NCBI RefSeq assembly: GCF_009914755.1
Contig: NC_060934.1
Direction: 5' to 3' (one strand)
Length of the DNA: 64,000 nucleotides
Source: the human T2T-CHM13v2.0 reference genome, Homo sapiens
Shown here one piece after another: positions 30,001-45,100 of this stretch. The notes beneath the pieces were generated by a model. That model had not been told where the DNA came from. It saw only the letters and a program-made list of their open reading frames with translations, and searched no databases. Numbering within the stretch: position 1 is the stretch's first letter; the number at the start of each line of letters is the position of its first letter. Both the position numbers and the translations under genes were made by a program.

Positions 30001-33000
30001 CAAACGGAATCAAACGGAATTATCGAATGGAATCGAAGAGAATCATCGAATGGACTCGAATGGAATCATGTAATGGAATGGAATGGAATAATCCATGGAC
30101 CCGAATGCAATCATCATCGAATAGAATCGAATGCAATCATCGAATGGACTCGAATGCAATAATCATTGAACGAAATCCAATGGAATCATCGTCGAATGGA
30201 AACGCATGGAATCATCATCGAATGGAAATGAAAGGAGTCATCCTCTAATGGAATCGCATGGAATCATCATCAAATGGAATCCAATGGAATCATCATCGAA
30301 TGGAATCTAATGGAATCATTGAACGGAATTGCATGGAATCGTCATCGAATGATTTGAATGCAATCATCGAATGGTGTCGAATGGAATCATCTTCAAATGG
30401 AATGGAATGGAATCATCGCATAGAATCGAATGGAATTATCATCGAATGGACTCAAATGGAATCAACATCAAACGGAATCAAACGGAATTATCGAATGGAA
30501 TCGAAGAGAATCATCGAATGGACTCGAACGGAATCATCTAATGAAATAGAATGGAATAATCCATGGACTCGAATGCAATCATCATCAAATGGAATCGAAT
30601 GGAATCGTCGAATGGACTCGAGAGGAATAAACATTCAACGGAATCGAATGGAATCGTCACCGGATGGAAACGAATGGAATCATCATCGAATGGAATCGAA
30701 TGGAATCATCAAATGGAATCAGATGGAATCATCATCAAATGGAATCGAATAGAATTATGGAATGAAATCCAATGTGATCATCATCGAATGGACTCGAACG
30801 GAATCATCATACAATGGAAACTAATGGAATCAACATCGAATGGAATCGAATGGAAACGCCATCCAATTGAAACGAATGGAATTATCATGAAATTGAAATG
30901 GATGGACTCATCATGGAATGGATTCGAATGGAATCACCGAATGAAATTGATAGAAATCATCATCAAATGGAATCGAATGGTAGCATTGAATGGAATCGAA
31001 TGGAATCATCATCAGATGGAAATGAATGGAATCATCACTGAATGGAATCCAATGGATTTATTGAATGGAATCTGATGGAATCATCGAATGGACTTGAATG
31101 GAATCATTGAATGGACTCGAATGGAAACTTTATTGAATGGAATTGAATGGAATCATCGAATGGTCTCGCATGGAATCATTATCAAATGTAATCGAATGGA
31201 ATCACCGAATAGAATCGAATGGAACAATCATCGAATGGACTCAAATGGAATTATCCTCAAGTGGAATCGAATGGAATTATCGAATGCAATCGAATGGAAT
31301 TATCGAATGCAATCGAATAGAATCATCGAACGGTCTCAAATGGAATCATCGAATGGAATGGAATGGAAGAGTCAATGAACTCGAATGGAATCATCATTGA
31401 ATGGAATCGAATGGAATCATCGAGTGGAATCGAATGGAATCATGATCAAATGAAATCGAATGTAATCATCATCAAATGGAATCAAAAATCACCATCATCA
31501 ATTGGTATTGAATGGAATTGTCATCAAATTGAAATCAATGAATCGTCATCAAATGGAACCGAATGGAATCCTCATTGAATGGAAATGAAAGGAGACATCA
31601 TCTAATGGAATGGCATGGAATCATCATCAAATGGAATCGAATGGAATCATCATCAAATGGAATCTAATGGAATCAATGAACGGAATTGAATCGAATCGTC
31701 ATCGAATGAATTGAATGCAATCATCGAATGGTCTCGAATGGAATCATCTTCAAATGGAAAGGAATGGAATCATCGCATAGAATCGAATGGAATTATCATC
31801 GAATGGACTCGAATGGAATCAACATCAAACGGAATCAAACGGAATTATCGAATGGAATCAAGAGAATCATCGAATGGCCACGAATGGAATCATCTAATGG
31901 AATGGAATGGAATAATCCATGGACCCGAATGCAATCATCATCGAATAGAATCGAATGGAATCATCGAATGGACTCGAATGGAATAATCATTGAACGCAAT
32001 CGAATGGAATCATCAAGTGGAATCGAATGGAATCATGATCAAATGGAATCGAATGTAATCATCATCAAATGGAATCCAAAATCACCATCATCAATTGGTA
32101 CTGAATGGAATTGTCATCAAATGGAATTCAAAGGAATCATCATCAAATGGAACCGAATGGAATCCTCATTGAATGGAAATGAAAGGAGTCATCACCTAAT
32201 GGAATCGCATGGAATCATCATCAAATGGAATCGAATGGAATCATCATCAAATGGAATCGAATGGAATCATTGAACGGAATTGAATGGAATCGTCATCGAA
32301 TGAATTGAATGCAATCATCGAATGGTCTCGAATGGAATCATCTTCAAATGGAAAGGAATGGAATCATCGCCTAGAATCGAATGGAATTATCATCGAATGG
32401 ACTCGAATGTAATCAACATCAAACGGAATCAAACGGAATTATCGAATGGAATCGAAGAGAATCATCAAATGGACTCGAATGGAATCATGTAATGGAATGG
32501 AATGGAATAATCCATGGACCCGAATGCAATCATCATCGAATAGAATCGAATGCAATCATCGAATGGACTCGAATGGAATAATCATTGAACGAAATCGAAT
32601 GGAATCATTGTCGAATGGAAACGAATGGAATCATCATCGAATGGAAATGAAAGGAGTCATCATCTAATGGAATCGCATGGAATCATCATCAAATGGAATC
32701 CAATGGAATCATCATCGAATGGAATCTAATGGAATCATTGAACGGAATTGCATGGAATCGTCGTCGAATGAATTGAATGCAGTCATCGAATGGTCTCGAA
32801 TGGAATCATCTTCAACTGGAATGGAATGGAATCATCGCATAGAATCGAATGGAATTCTCATCGAATGGACTCAAATGGAATCAACATCAAACGGAATCAA
32901 ACGGAATTATCGAATGGAATCGAAGAGAATCATCCAATGGACTCGAATGGAATCATCTAATGAAATAGAATGGAATAATCCATGGACTCGAATGCAATCA

Positions 33001-35300
33001 TCATCAAATGGAATCGAATGGAATAGTCGAATGGACTCGAGAGGAATAAACATTCAACGGAATCGAATGGAATCGTCACCGGATGGAAACGAATGGAATC
33101 ATCATCGAATGGAATCGAATGGAATCATCAAATGGAATCAGATGGAATCATCCTCAAATGGAATCGAATAGAATTATGGAATGAAATCCAATGTGATCAT
33201 CATCAAATGGACTCGAACGGAATCATCATCCAATGGAAACTAATGGAATCAACATCGAATGGAATCGAATGGAAACGCCATCCAATTGAAACGAATGGAA
33301 TTATCATGAAATTGAAATGGATGGACTCATCATCGAATGGATTCGAATGGAATCACCGAATGAAATTGATAGAAATCATCATCAAATGGAATCGAATGGA
33401 ATCATCAAATGGAATCAGATGAAATCATCATCAAATGGGGTCGAATAGAATTATGGAATGAAATCCAATGTGATCATCATCGAATGGACACGAACGGAAT
33501 CATCATCCAATGGAAACTAATGGAATCAATATCGAATGGAATCGAATGGAAACGCCATCGAAAGGAAACGAATGGAATTATCATGAAATTGAAATGGATG
33601 GACTCATCATCGAATGGATTCGAATGGAATCACCGAATGAAATTGATAGAAATCATCATCAAATGGAATCGAATGGAATCATTGAATGGAATCGAATGGA
33701 ATCATCATCAGATGGAAATGAATGGAATCATCACTGAATGGAATCAAATGGATTCATTGAATGGAATCTGATGGAATCATCGAATGGACTTGAATGGAAT
33801 GATTGAACGGACTCGAATGGAATCTTTATTGAATGGAATTGAATGGAATCATCAAATGGTCTCGAATGGAATCATTATCAAATGGAATCGAATGGAATCA
33901 CCGAATAGAATCGAATGGAACAATCATCGAATGGACTCAAATGGAATTATCCTCAAATGGAATCGAATGGATTTGTCGAATGCAATCGAATGGAATTATC
34001 GAAAGCAATCGAATAGAATCATCGAATGGACTCGAATGGAATCATCGAATGGAATGGAATGGAAGAGTCAATGAACTCGAATGGAATCATCATTGAATGG
34101 AATCGAATGGAATCATCGAGTGGAATCGAATGGAATCATGATCAAATGGAATCGAATGTAATCATCATCAAATGAAATCCAAAATCACCATCATCAATTG
34201 GTACTGAATGGAATTGTCATCAAATGGAATTCAAAGGAATCATCATCAAATGGAACCGAATGGAATCCTCATTGAATGGAAATGAAAGGAGTCATCATCT
34301 AATGGAATGGCATGGAATCATCATCAAATGGAATCGAATGGAATCATCATCAAATAGAATCTAATGGAATCATTGAACGGAATTGAATGGAATCGTCATC
34401 GAATGAATTGAATGCAATCATCGAATGGTCTCGAATGGAATCATCTTCAAATGGAAAGGAATGGAATCATCGCATAGAATCGAATGGAATTATCATCGAA
34501 TGGACACGAATGGAATCAACATCAAACGGAATCAAACGGAATTATCGAATGGAATCGAAGAGAATCATCGAATGGCCACGAATGGAATCATCTAATGGAA
34601 TGGAATGGAATAATCCATGGACCCGAATGCAATCATAATCGAATAGAATCGAATGGAATCATCGAATGGAGTCGAATGGAATAATCATTGAACGCAATCG
34701 AATGGAATCATCGAGTGGAATCGAATGGAATCATGATCAAATGGAATCGAATGTAATCATCATCAAATGGAATCCAAAATCACCATCATCAATTGGTACT
34801 GAATGGAATTGTCATCAAATGGAATTCAAAAGAATCATCATCAAATGGAACCGAATGGAATCCTCATTGAATTGAAATGAAAGGAGTCATCATCTAATGG
34901 AATCGCATGGAATCATCATCAAATGGAATCGAATGGAATCATCATCAAATGGAATCGATTGGAATCATTGAACGGAATTGAATCGGATCGTCATCGAATG
35001 AATTGAATGCAATCATCGAATGGTCTCGAATGGAATCATCTTCAAATGGAAAGGAATGGAATCATCGCATAGAATCGAATGGAATTATCATCGAATGGAC
35101 TCGAATGGAATGAACATCAAAGGGAATCAAACGGAATTATCGAATGGAATCGAAGAGAATCATCGAATTGCCACGAATGGAATCATCTAATGGAATGGAA
35201 TTGAATAATCCATGGACCTGAATGCAATCATCATCGAATAGAATCGAATGCAATCATCGAATGGACTCGAATGGAATAATCATTGAACGAAATCGAATGG
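15000..35300 (+). repeat. Haplotype-X domain 2 (largest and visually most homogeneous block)
   Basis: X markers in every unit. Near-identical ORF translations recur at 17535, 19361, 21782, 24795, 30258 and 32677 (164 aa each). Confidence 0.75.
22920..24700 (+). repeat. Three tandem copies of the 595-bp sub-unit
   Basis: ORF starts at 23212 and 23807 are 595 apart and almost identical. The GAACGCAATC marker is at 23515 and 24110. Shared local variants are AATCCTCTTC (~23266, ~23860) and AAAGGAATCATGATC (~23653, ~24248). Confidence 0.9.
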
Positions 35301-38300
35301 AATCATCGTCGAATGGAAACGAATGGAATCATCATCGAATGGCAATGAAAGGAGTCATCATCTAATGGAATCGCATGGAGTCATCATCAAATGGAATCGA
35401 ATGGAATCATCATCGAATGGAATCTAATGGGATCATTGAACGGAATTGAATGGAATCGTCATCGAATGAATTGAATGCAATCATCGAATGGTCTCGAATG
35501 GAATCATCTTCAAATGGAATGGAATGGAATCATCGCATAGAATCGAATGGAATTATCATCGAATGGACTCAAATGGAACCAACATCAATCGGAATCAAAC
35601 GGAATTATCGAATGGAATTGAAGAGAATCATCGAATTGACTCGAATGGAATCATCTAATGAAATAGAATGGAATAATCCATGTACCCGAATGCAATCATC
35701 ATCGAATAGAATCGAATGGAATCGTCGAATGGATTCGAATGGAATAAACATTGAACGGAATCGAATGGAATCATCACCGAATGGAAACGAATGGAATCAT
35801 CATCGAATGGAATCGAATGGAATCATCAAATGGAATCAGATGGAATCATCATCAAATGGAATCGAATAGAATTATGGAATGAAATCCAATGTGATCATCA
35901 TCGAATGGACGCGAACGGAATCATCATCCAATGGAAACTAGTAGAATCAACATCTAATGGACTCAAATGGAATTATCCTGAAATGGATTCGAATGGAATT
36001 TTCGAATGCAATCGTATGGAATTATCGAATGCAATCGAATAGAATCATCGCATGGACTCGAATGGAATCATCGAATGGAATGGAATGGAATACTCAATGA
36101 ACTCGAATGGAATCATCATTGAATGGAATCGAATGGAATCACGATCAAATGGAATCGAATGTAATCATCATCAAATGGAATCAAAAATAACCATCATCAA
36201 TTGGTATTGCATGGAATTGTCATCAAATGGAATTCCAAGGAATCATCATCAAATGGAATCGAATGGAATCATCATCAAATGGAATCTAATGGTATCATTG
36301 AACGGAATTGAATGGAATCGGCATTGAATGAATTGAATGCAATCATCGAATGGTCTCTAATGGAATCATCTTCAAATGGAAAGTAATGGAATCATCGCAT
36401 AGAATCGAATGGAATTATCATTGAATGGACTAAAATGGAATCAACATCAAACGGAATCAAACGGAATTATCGAATGGAATTGAAGAGAATCATCGAATGG
36501 CCACGAATGGAATCATCTAATGGAATGGAATGGAATAATCCATGGACCCGAATGCAATCATCATCGAATAGAATCGAATGGAATCATCGAATGGACTCGA
36601 ATGGAATAATCATTGAACGGAATCGAATGGAATCATCGTCGAATGGAAACGAATGGAATCATCATCGAATGGAAATGAAAGGAGTCATCATCTAATGGAA
36701 TCGCATGGAGTCATCATCAAATGGAATCGAATGGAATCATCATCGAATGGAATCTAATGGAATCATTGAACGGAGTTGAATGGAATCGTCATCGAATGAA
36801 TTGAATGCAATCATCGAATGGTCTCGAATGGAATCATCTTCAAATGGAAAGGAATGGAATCATCGCATAGAATCGAATGGAATTATCATCGAATGGACAC
36901 GAATGGAATCAACATCAAACGGAATCAAACGGAATTATCGAATGGAATCGAAGAGAATCATCGAATGGCCACGAATGGAATCATCTAATGGAATGGAATG
37001 GAATAATCCATGGACCCGAATGCAATCATAATCGAATAGAATCGAATGGAATCATCGAATGGACTTGAATGGAATAATCATTGAACGCAATCGAATGGAA
37101 TCATCGAGTGGAATCGAATGGAATCATGATCAAATGGAATGGAATGTAATCATCATCAAATGGAATCCAAAATCACCATCATTAATTGGTACTGAATGGA
37201 ATTGTCATCAAATGGAATTCAAAAGAATCATCATCAAATGGAACCGAATGGAATCCTCATTGAATGGAAATGAAAGGAGTCATCATCTAATGGAATCGCA
37301 TGGAATCATCATCAAATGGAATCGAATGGAATCATCATCAAATGGAATCGATTGGAATCATTGAACGGAATTGAATCGGATCGTCATCGAATGAATTGAA
37401 TGCAATCATCGAATGGTCTCGAATGGAATCATCTTCAAATGGAAAGGAATGGAATCATCGCATAGAATCGAATGGAATTATCATCGAATGGACTCGAATG
37501 GAATGAACATCAAAGGGAATCAAACGGAATTATCGAATGGAATCGAAGAGAATCATCGAATTGCCACGAATGGAATCATCTAATGGAATGGAATTGAATA
37601 ATCCATGGACCTGAATGCAATCATCATCGAATAGAATCGAATGCAATCATCGAATGGACTCGAATGGAATAATCATTGAACGAAATCGAATGGAATCATC
37701 GTCGAATGGAAACGAATGGAATCATCATCGAATGGCAATGAAAGGAGTCATCATCTAATGGAATCGCATGGAGTCATCATCAAATCGAATCGAATGGAAT
37801 CATCATCGAATGGAATCTCATGGGATCATTGAACGGAATTGAATGGAATCATCATCGAATGAATTGAATGCAATCATCGAATGGTCTCGAATGGAATCAT
37901 CTTCAAATGGAATGGAATGGAATCATCGCATAGAATCGAATGGAATTATCATCGAATGGACTCAAATGGAACCAACATCAATCGGAATCAAACGGAATTA
38001 TCGAATGGAATTGAAGAGAATCATCGAATTGACTCGAATGGAATCATCTAATGAAATAGAATGGAATAATCCATGGACCCGAATGCAATCATCATCGAAT
38101 AGAATCGAATGGAATCGTCGAATGGATTCGAATGGAATAAACATTGAACGGAATCGAATGGAATCATCACCGAATGGAAACGAATGGAATCATCATCGAA
38201 TGGAATCGAATGGAATCATCAAATGGAATCAGATGGAATCATCATCAAATGGAATCGAATAGAATTATGGAATGAAATCCAATGTGATCATCATCGAATG

Positions 38301-39190
38301 GACTCGAACGGAATCATCATCCAATGGAAACTAGTAGAATCAACATCTAATGGACTCAAATGGAATTATCCTGAAATGGATTCGAATGGAATTTTCGAAT
38401 GCAATCGTATGGAATTATCGAATGCAATCGAATAGAATCATCGCATGGACTCGAATGGAATCATCGAATGGAATGGAATGGAATACTCAATGAACTCGAA
38501 TGGAATCATCATTGAATGGAATCGAATGGAATCACGATCAAATGGAATCAAATGTAATCACGATCAAATGGAATCGAATGTAATCATCATCAAATGGAAT
38601 CAAAAATAACCATCATCAATTGGTATTGCATGGAATTGTCATCAAATGGAATTCCAAGGAATCATCATCAAATGGAATCGAATGGAATCATCATCAAATG
38701 GAATCTAATGGTATCATTGAACGGAATTGAATGGAATCGGCATTGAATGAATTGAATGCAATCATCGAATGGTCTCTAATGGAATCATCTTCAAATGGAA
38801 AGTAATGGAATCATCGCATAGAATCGAATGGAATTATCATTGAATGGACTAAAATGGAATCAACATCAAACGGAATCAAACGGAATTATCAAATGGAATT
38901 GAAGAGAATCATCGAATGGCCACGAATGGAATCATCTAATGGAATGGAATGGAATAATCCATGGACCCGAATGCAATCATCATCGAATAGAATCGAATGC
39001 AATCATCGAATGGACTCGAATGGAATAATCATTGAACGGAATCGAATGGAATCATCGTCGAATGGAAACGAATGGAATCATCATCGAATGGAAATGAAAG
39101 GAGTCATCATCTAATGGAATCGCATGGAGTCATCATCAAATGGAATCGAATGGAATCATCATCGAATGGAATCTCATGGAATCATTGAAC
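34380..39190 (+). repeat. Tandem duplication, period 2393 bp (2419 bp after a 26-bp length difference near 38545)
   Basis: ORF pairs 34387/36780, 35450/37843 and 35791/38184 are offset 2393; 36435/38854 is offset 2419. Many shared private variants (see findings). Confidence 0.92.
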
Positions 39191-42100
39191 GGAGTTGAAT
39201 GGAATCGTCATCGAATGAATTGAATGCAATCATCGAATGGTCTCGAATGGAATCATCTTCAAATGGAATGGAATGGAATCATCGCATAGAATCGAATGGA
39301 ATTATCATCGAATGGACTCAAATGGAACCAACATCAATCGGAATCAAACGGAATTATCGAATGGAATTGAAGAGAATCATCGAATGGACTCGAATTGAAT
39401 CATCTAATGAAATAGAATGGAATAATCCATGGACTCGAATGCAATCATCCTCAAATGGAATGGAATCGAATCGTCGAATGGACTCGAATTCAATAAACAT
39501 TGAACGGAATCGAATGCAATCATCATCGGATGGAAACGAATGGAATCATCATCGAATGGAATCGAATGGAATCCTCAAATGGAGTCAGATGGAATCATCA
39601 TCAAATGGAATCATATAGAATTATGTAATGAAATCCAATGTGATCATCATTGAATGGACTCGAATGGAATCATCATCCAATGGAAACTAATGGAATCAAC
39701 ATCGAATGGAATCGAATGGAAACACCATCGAATTGCAACGAATGGATTATCATGAAATTGAAATGGATGGACTCATCATCGAATGGATTCGAATGGAATC
39801 ACCGAATGAAATTGATTGAAATCATCATCAAATGGAATCGAAAGGAATCATTGAATGGAATCGAATGGAATCATCATCAGATGGAAATGAATGGAATCAT
39901 CATAGAATGGAATCGAATGGATTCATTGAATGGAATCAGATGGAATCATCGAATGGACTAGAATGGAATCATTGAATGGACTCGAATTTAATCATTATTG
40001 AATGGAATTGAATGGAATCATCGAATCGTCCCGAATGGAATCATTATCAAATGGAATCGAATGGAATCACCGAATAGAATCGAATGGAATAATCATAGAA
40101 TGGACTCAAACGGAATTATCCTCAAATGGAATCGAATGGAATTTTCGAATGCAATCGAATGGAATTATCGAATGCAATCCAATATAATCATCGAATGGAC
40201 TCGAATGGAATCATCGAATGGAATGGAATGGAATAGTCAATGAACTCGAATGGAATCATCATTGAATGGAATCGAATGGAATCATCGAGTGGAATCGAAT
40301 GGAATCACGATCAAATGGAATCGAATGGAATCACGATCAAATGGAATCGAATGTAATCATCATCAAATGGAATTAAAAATAACCATCATCAATTGGTATT
40401 GAATGGAATTGTCATCAAATGGAATTCAAAGGAATCATCATCAAATGGAATCGAATGGAATCATCATCGAATGGAATCTAATGGAATCATTGAACGGAAT
40501 TGAATGGAATCGTCATCGAATGTATTGAATGCAATCATCGAATGGTCTCGAATGGAATCATCTTCAAATGGAATGGAATGGAATCATCGCATAGAATCGA
40601 ATTGAATTATCATCGAATGGACTCGAATGTAATCATCTATTGAAATAGAATGGAATAATCCATGGACTCGAATGCAATCATCATCAAATGGGATCGAATG
40701 CAATCGTCGAATGGACTCGAAAGGAATGAACATTGAACGGAATCGAATGGAATCATCACCGAATGGAAATGAATGGAATCATCATCGAATGGAATGGAAT
40801 GGAATCATCAAATGGAATCAGATGGAATCATCATCAAATGGAATCGAATAGAATTATGGAATGAAATCCAATGTGATCATCATCGAATGGAATCGAACGG
40901 AATCATCATCCAATGGAAACTAATAGAATCAACATCTAATGGACTCAAATGGAATTATCCTCAAATGGATTCGAATGGAATTTTCGAATGCAATCGAATG
41001 GAATTATCGAATGAAATCGAATGGAATCACCGCATGGACTCGAATGGAATCATCGAATGGAATGGAATGGAATACTCAATGAACTCGAATGGAATCATCT
41101 TTGAATGGAATCGAATGGAATCACGATCAAATGGAATCAAATGTAATCACGATCAAATGGAATCGAATGTAATCATCATCAAATGGCATCAAAAATAACC
41201 ATCATCAATTGGTATTGCATGGAATTGTCATCAAATGGAATTCAAAGGAATCATCATCAAATGGAATCGAATGGAATCATCATCAAATGGAATCTAATGG
41301 TATCATTGAACGGAATTGAATGGAATCGGCATTGAATGAATTGAATGCAATCATCGAATGGTCTCTAATGGAATCATCTTCAAAAGGAAAGGAATGGAAT
41401 CATCGCATAGAATCGAATGGAATTATCATTGAATGGACTAAAATGGAATCAACATCAAACGGAATCAAACGGAATTATCGAATGGAATTGAAGAGAATCA
41501 TCGAATGGTCACGAATGGAATCATCTAATGGAATGGAATGGCATAATCCATGTACACGAATGCAATCATCATCGAATAGAATCGAATGGAATCATCGAAT
41601 GGACTCGAATGGAATAATCATTGAACGGAATCGAATGGAATCATTGTCGAATGGAAACGAATGGAATCATCATCGAATGGCAATGATAGGAGCAATCATC
41701 TAATGGAATCGCATGGAGTCATCATCAAATGGAATCTAATGGAATAATCATGGAATGGAATCTAATGGAATCATTGAACGGAATTGAATGGAATCGTCAT
41801 CGAATGTATTGAATGCAATCATCGAATGGTCTCGAATGGAATCATCTTCAAATGGAAAGGAATGGAATCATCGCATAGAATCGAATGGAATTATCATTGA
41901 ATGGACTAAAATGGAATCAACATCAAACGGAATCAAACGGAATTATCGAATGGAATTGAAGAGAATCATCGAATGGCCACGAATGGAATCATCTAATGGA
42001 ATGGAATGGAATAATCCATGGACTCGAATGCAATCATCATCGAATAGAATCGAATGGAATCTTCGAATGGACTCGAATGGAATAAACATTGAACGGAATC

Positions 42101-45100
42101 GAATGGAATCATCACCGAATGGAAACGAATGGAATTATCATCGAAAGGAATCGAATGGAATCCTCAAATGGAATCAGATGGAATCATCATCAAATGGAAA
42201 CATATAGAATTATGTAATGAAATCCAATGTGATCATCATTGAATGGACTCGAATGGAATCATCATCCAATGGAAACTAGTGGAATCAGCATCGAATGGAA
42301 TCGAATGGAAACACCATGGAATTGCAACGAATGGATTATCATGAAATTGAAATGGATGGACTCATCATCGAATGGATTCGAATGGAATCATCGAATGAAA
42401 TTGACTGAAATCATCATCAAATGGAATCAAAAGGAATCATTGAATGGAATCGAATGGAATCATCATCAGATGGAAATGAATGGAATCATCATAGAATGGA
42501 ATCGAATGGATTCATTGAATGGAATCAGATGGAATCATCGAATGGACTTGAATGGAATCAGTGAATGGAATCGAATATAATCATTATTGAATAGAATTGA
42601 ATGGAATCATGGAATGGTCCCGAATGGAATCATTATCAAATGGAATCGAATGGAATCACCGAATAGAATCGAATGGAATAATCATCGAATGGACTCAAAC
42701 GGAATTATCCTCAAATGGAATCGAATGGAATTTTCGAATGCAATCGAATGGAATTATCGAATGCAATCGAATATAATCATCGAATGGACTCGAAAGGAAT
42801 CATCGAATGGAATGGAATGGAATAGTCAATGAACTCGAATGGAATCATCATTGAATGGAATCGAATGGAATCATCGAGTGGAATCGAATGGAATCACGAT
42901 CAAATGGAAACGAATGGAATCACGATCAAATGGAATCGAATGTAATCATCATCAAATGGAATTAAAAATAACCAACATCAATTGGTATTGAATGGAATTG
43001 TCATCAAATGGAATTCAAAGGAATCATCATCAAATGGAATCGAATGGAATCATCATCAAAAGGAATCTAATGGTATCATTGAACGGAATTGAATGGAATC
43101 GGCATTGAATGAATTGAATGCAATCATCGAATGGTCTCTAATGGAATCATCTTCAAATGGAAAGGAATGGAATCATCGCATAGAATCGAATGGAATTATC
43201 ATTGAATGGACTAAAATGGAATCAACATCAAACGGAATCAAACGGAATTATCGAATGGAATCGAAGAGAATCATCGAATGGCCACGAATGGAATCATCTA
43301 ATGGAATGGAATGGAATAATCCATTACACGAATGCAATCATCATCGAATAGAATCGAATGGAATCATCGAATGGACTCGGATGGAATAATCATTGAACGG
43401 AATCGAATGGAATCATCATCGAATGGAAACGAATGGAATCATCATCGAATGGAAATGAAAGGAGTCATCATCTAATGGAATCGCATGGAATCATCATCAA
43501 ATGGAATCGAATGGAATCATCATCGAATAGAATCTAATGGAATCATTGAACGGAATTGAATGGAATCGTCATCGAATGAATTGAATGCAATCATCGAATG
43601 GTCTCGAATGTAATCATCTTCAAATGGAATGGAATGGAAACATCGCATAGAATCGAATGGAATTATCATCGAATGGACTCAAATGGAATCAACATCAATC
43701 GGAATCAAACGGAATTATCGAATGGAATCGAAGAGAATCATCGAATGGACTCGAATGGAATCATCTAATGAAATAGAATGGAATAATCCATGGACTCGAA
43801 TGCAATCATCATCAAATGAAATCGAATGGAATCGTCGAATGGACTCGAATGCAATAAACATTGAACGGAATCGAATGGAATCATCATCGGAGGAAAACGA
43901 ATGGAATTATCATCGAAAGGAATCGAATGGAATCATCAAATTGAATCAGATGGAATCATCATCAAGTGGAATCAAAAATAACCATCATCAATTGGTATTG
44001 AATGGAATTGTCATCAAATGGAATTCAAAGGAATCATCATCAAATGGAACCGAATGGAATCCTCATTGAATGGAAATGAAAGGAGTCATCATCTAATGGA
44101 ATGGCATGGAATCATCATCAAATGGAATCGAATGGAATCATCATCAAATGGAATCTAATGGAATCCTTGAACGGAATTGAATGGAATCGTCATCGAATGA
44201 ATTGAATGCAATCATCGAATGGTCTCGAATGGAATCATCTTCAAATGGAAAGGAATGGAATCATCGCATAGAATCGAATGGAATTATCATTGAATGGACT
44301 CGAATGGAATCAAGATCAAACGGAATGAAATGGAATTATCAAATGGAATCGAAGAGAATCATCGAATTGCAACGAATGGAATCATCTAATGGAATGGAAT
44401 GGAATAATCCATGCCCCCTATGCAATCATCATCGAATAGAATCGAATGGAATCATCGAATGGACTCGAATGCAATAATCATTGAATAGAATCGAATGGAA
44501 TCATCGTCGAATGGAAACGAATGGAATCATCATCGAATGGAAATGAAAGGAGTCATCATCTAATGGAATCACATGGAATCATCATCAAATGGAATCTAAT
44601 GGAATCATCATCAAATGGAATCTAATGGAATCATTGAACGGAATTGAATGGAATCGTCATCGAATGTATTGAATGCAATCATCGAGTGGTCTCGAATGGA
44701 ATCATCTTCAAATGGAATGGAATGGAATCATCGCATAGAATCGAATTGAATTATCATTGAATGGACTCGAATGTAATCATCTATTGAAATAGAATGGAAT
44801 AATCCATGGACTCGAATGCAATCATCATCAAATGGAATCGAATGGAATCGTCAAATGGACTCGAATGGAATAAACATTGAACGGAATCGAAAGCAATCAT
44901 CACCGAATGGAAATGAATTGAATCATCATCGAATGCAATGGAATGGAATCATCATATGGAATCAGATGGAATCATCATCAAATGGAATCCAATAGAATTA
45001 TGGAATGAAATCCAATGTGATCATCATCGAATGGACTCGAATAGAATCATCATCCAATGGAAACTAATAGAATCAACATCTAATGGACTCAAATGGAATT

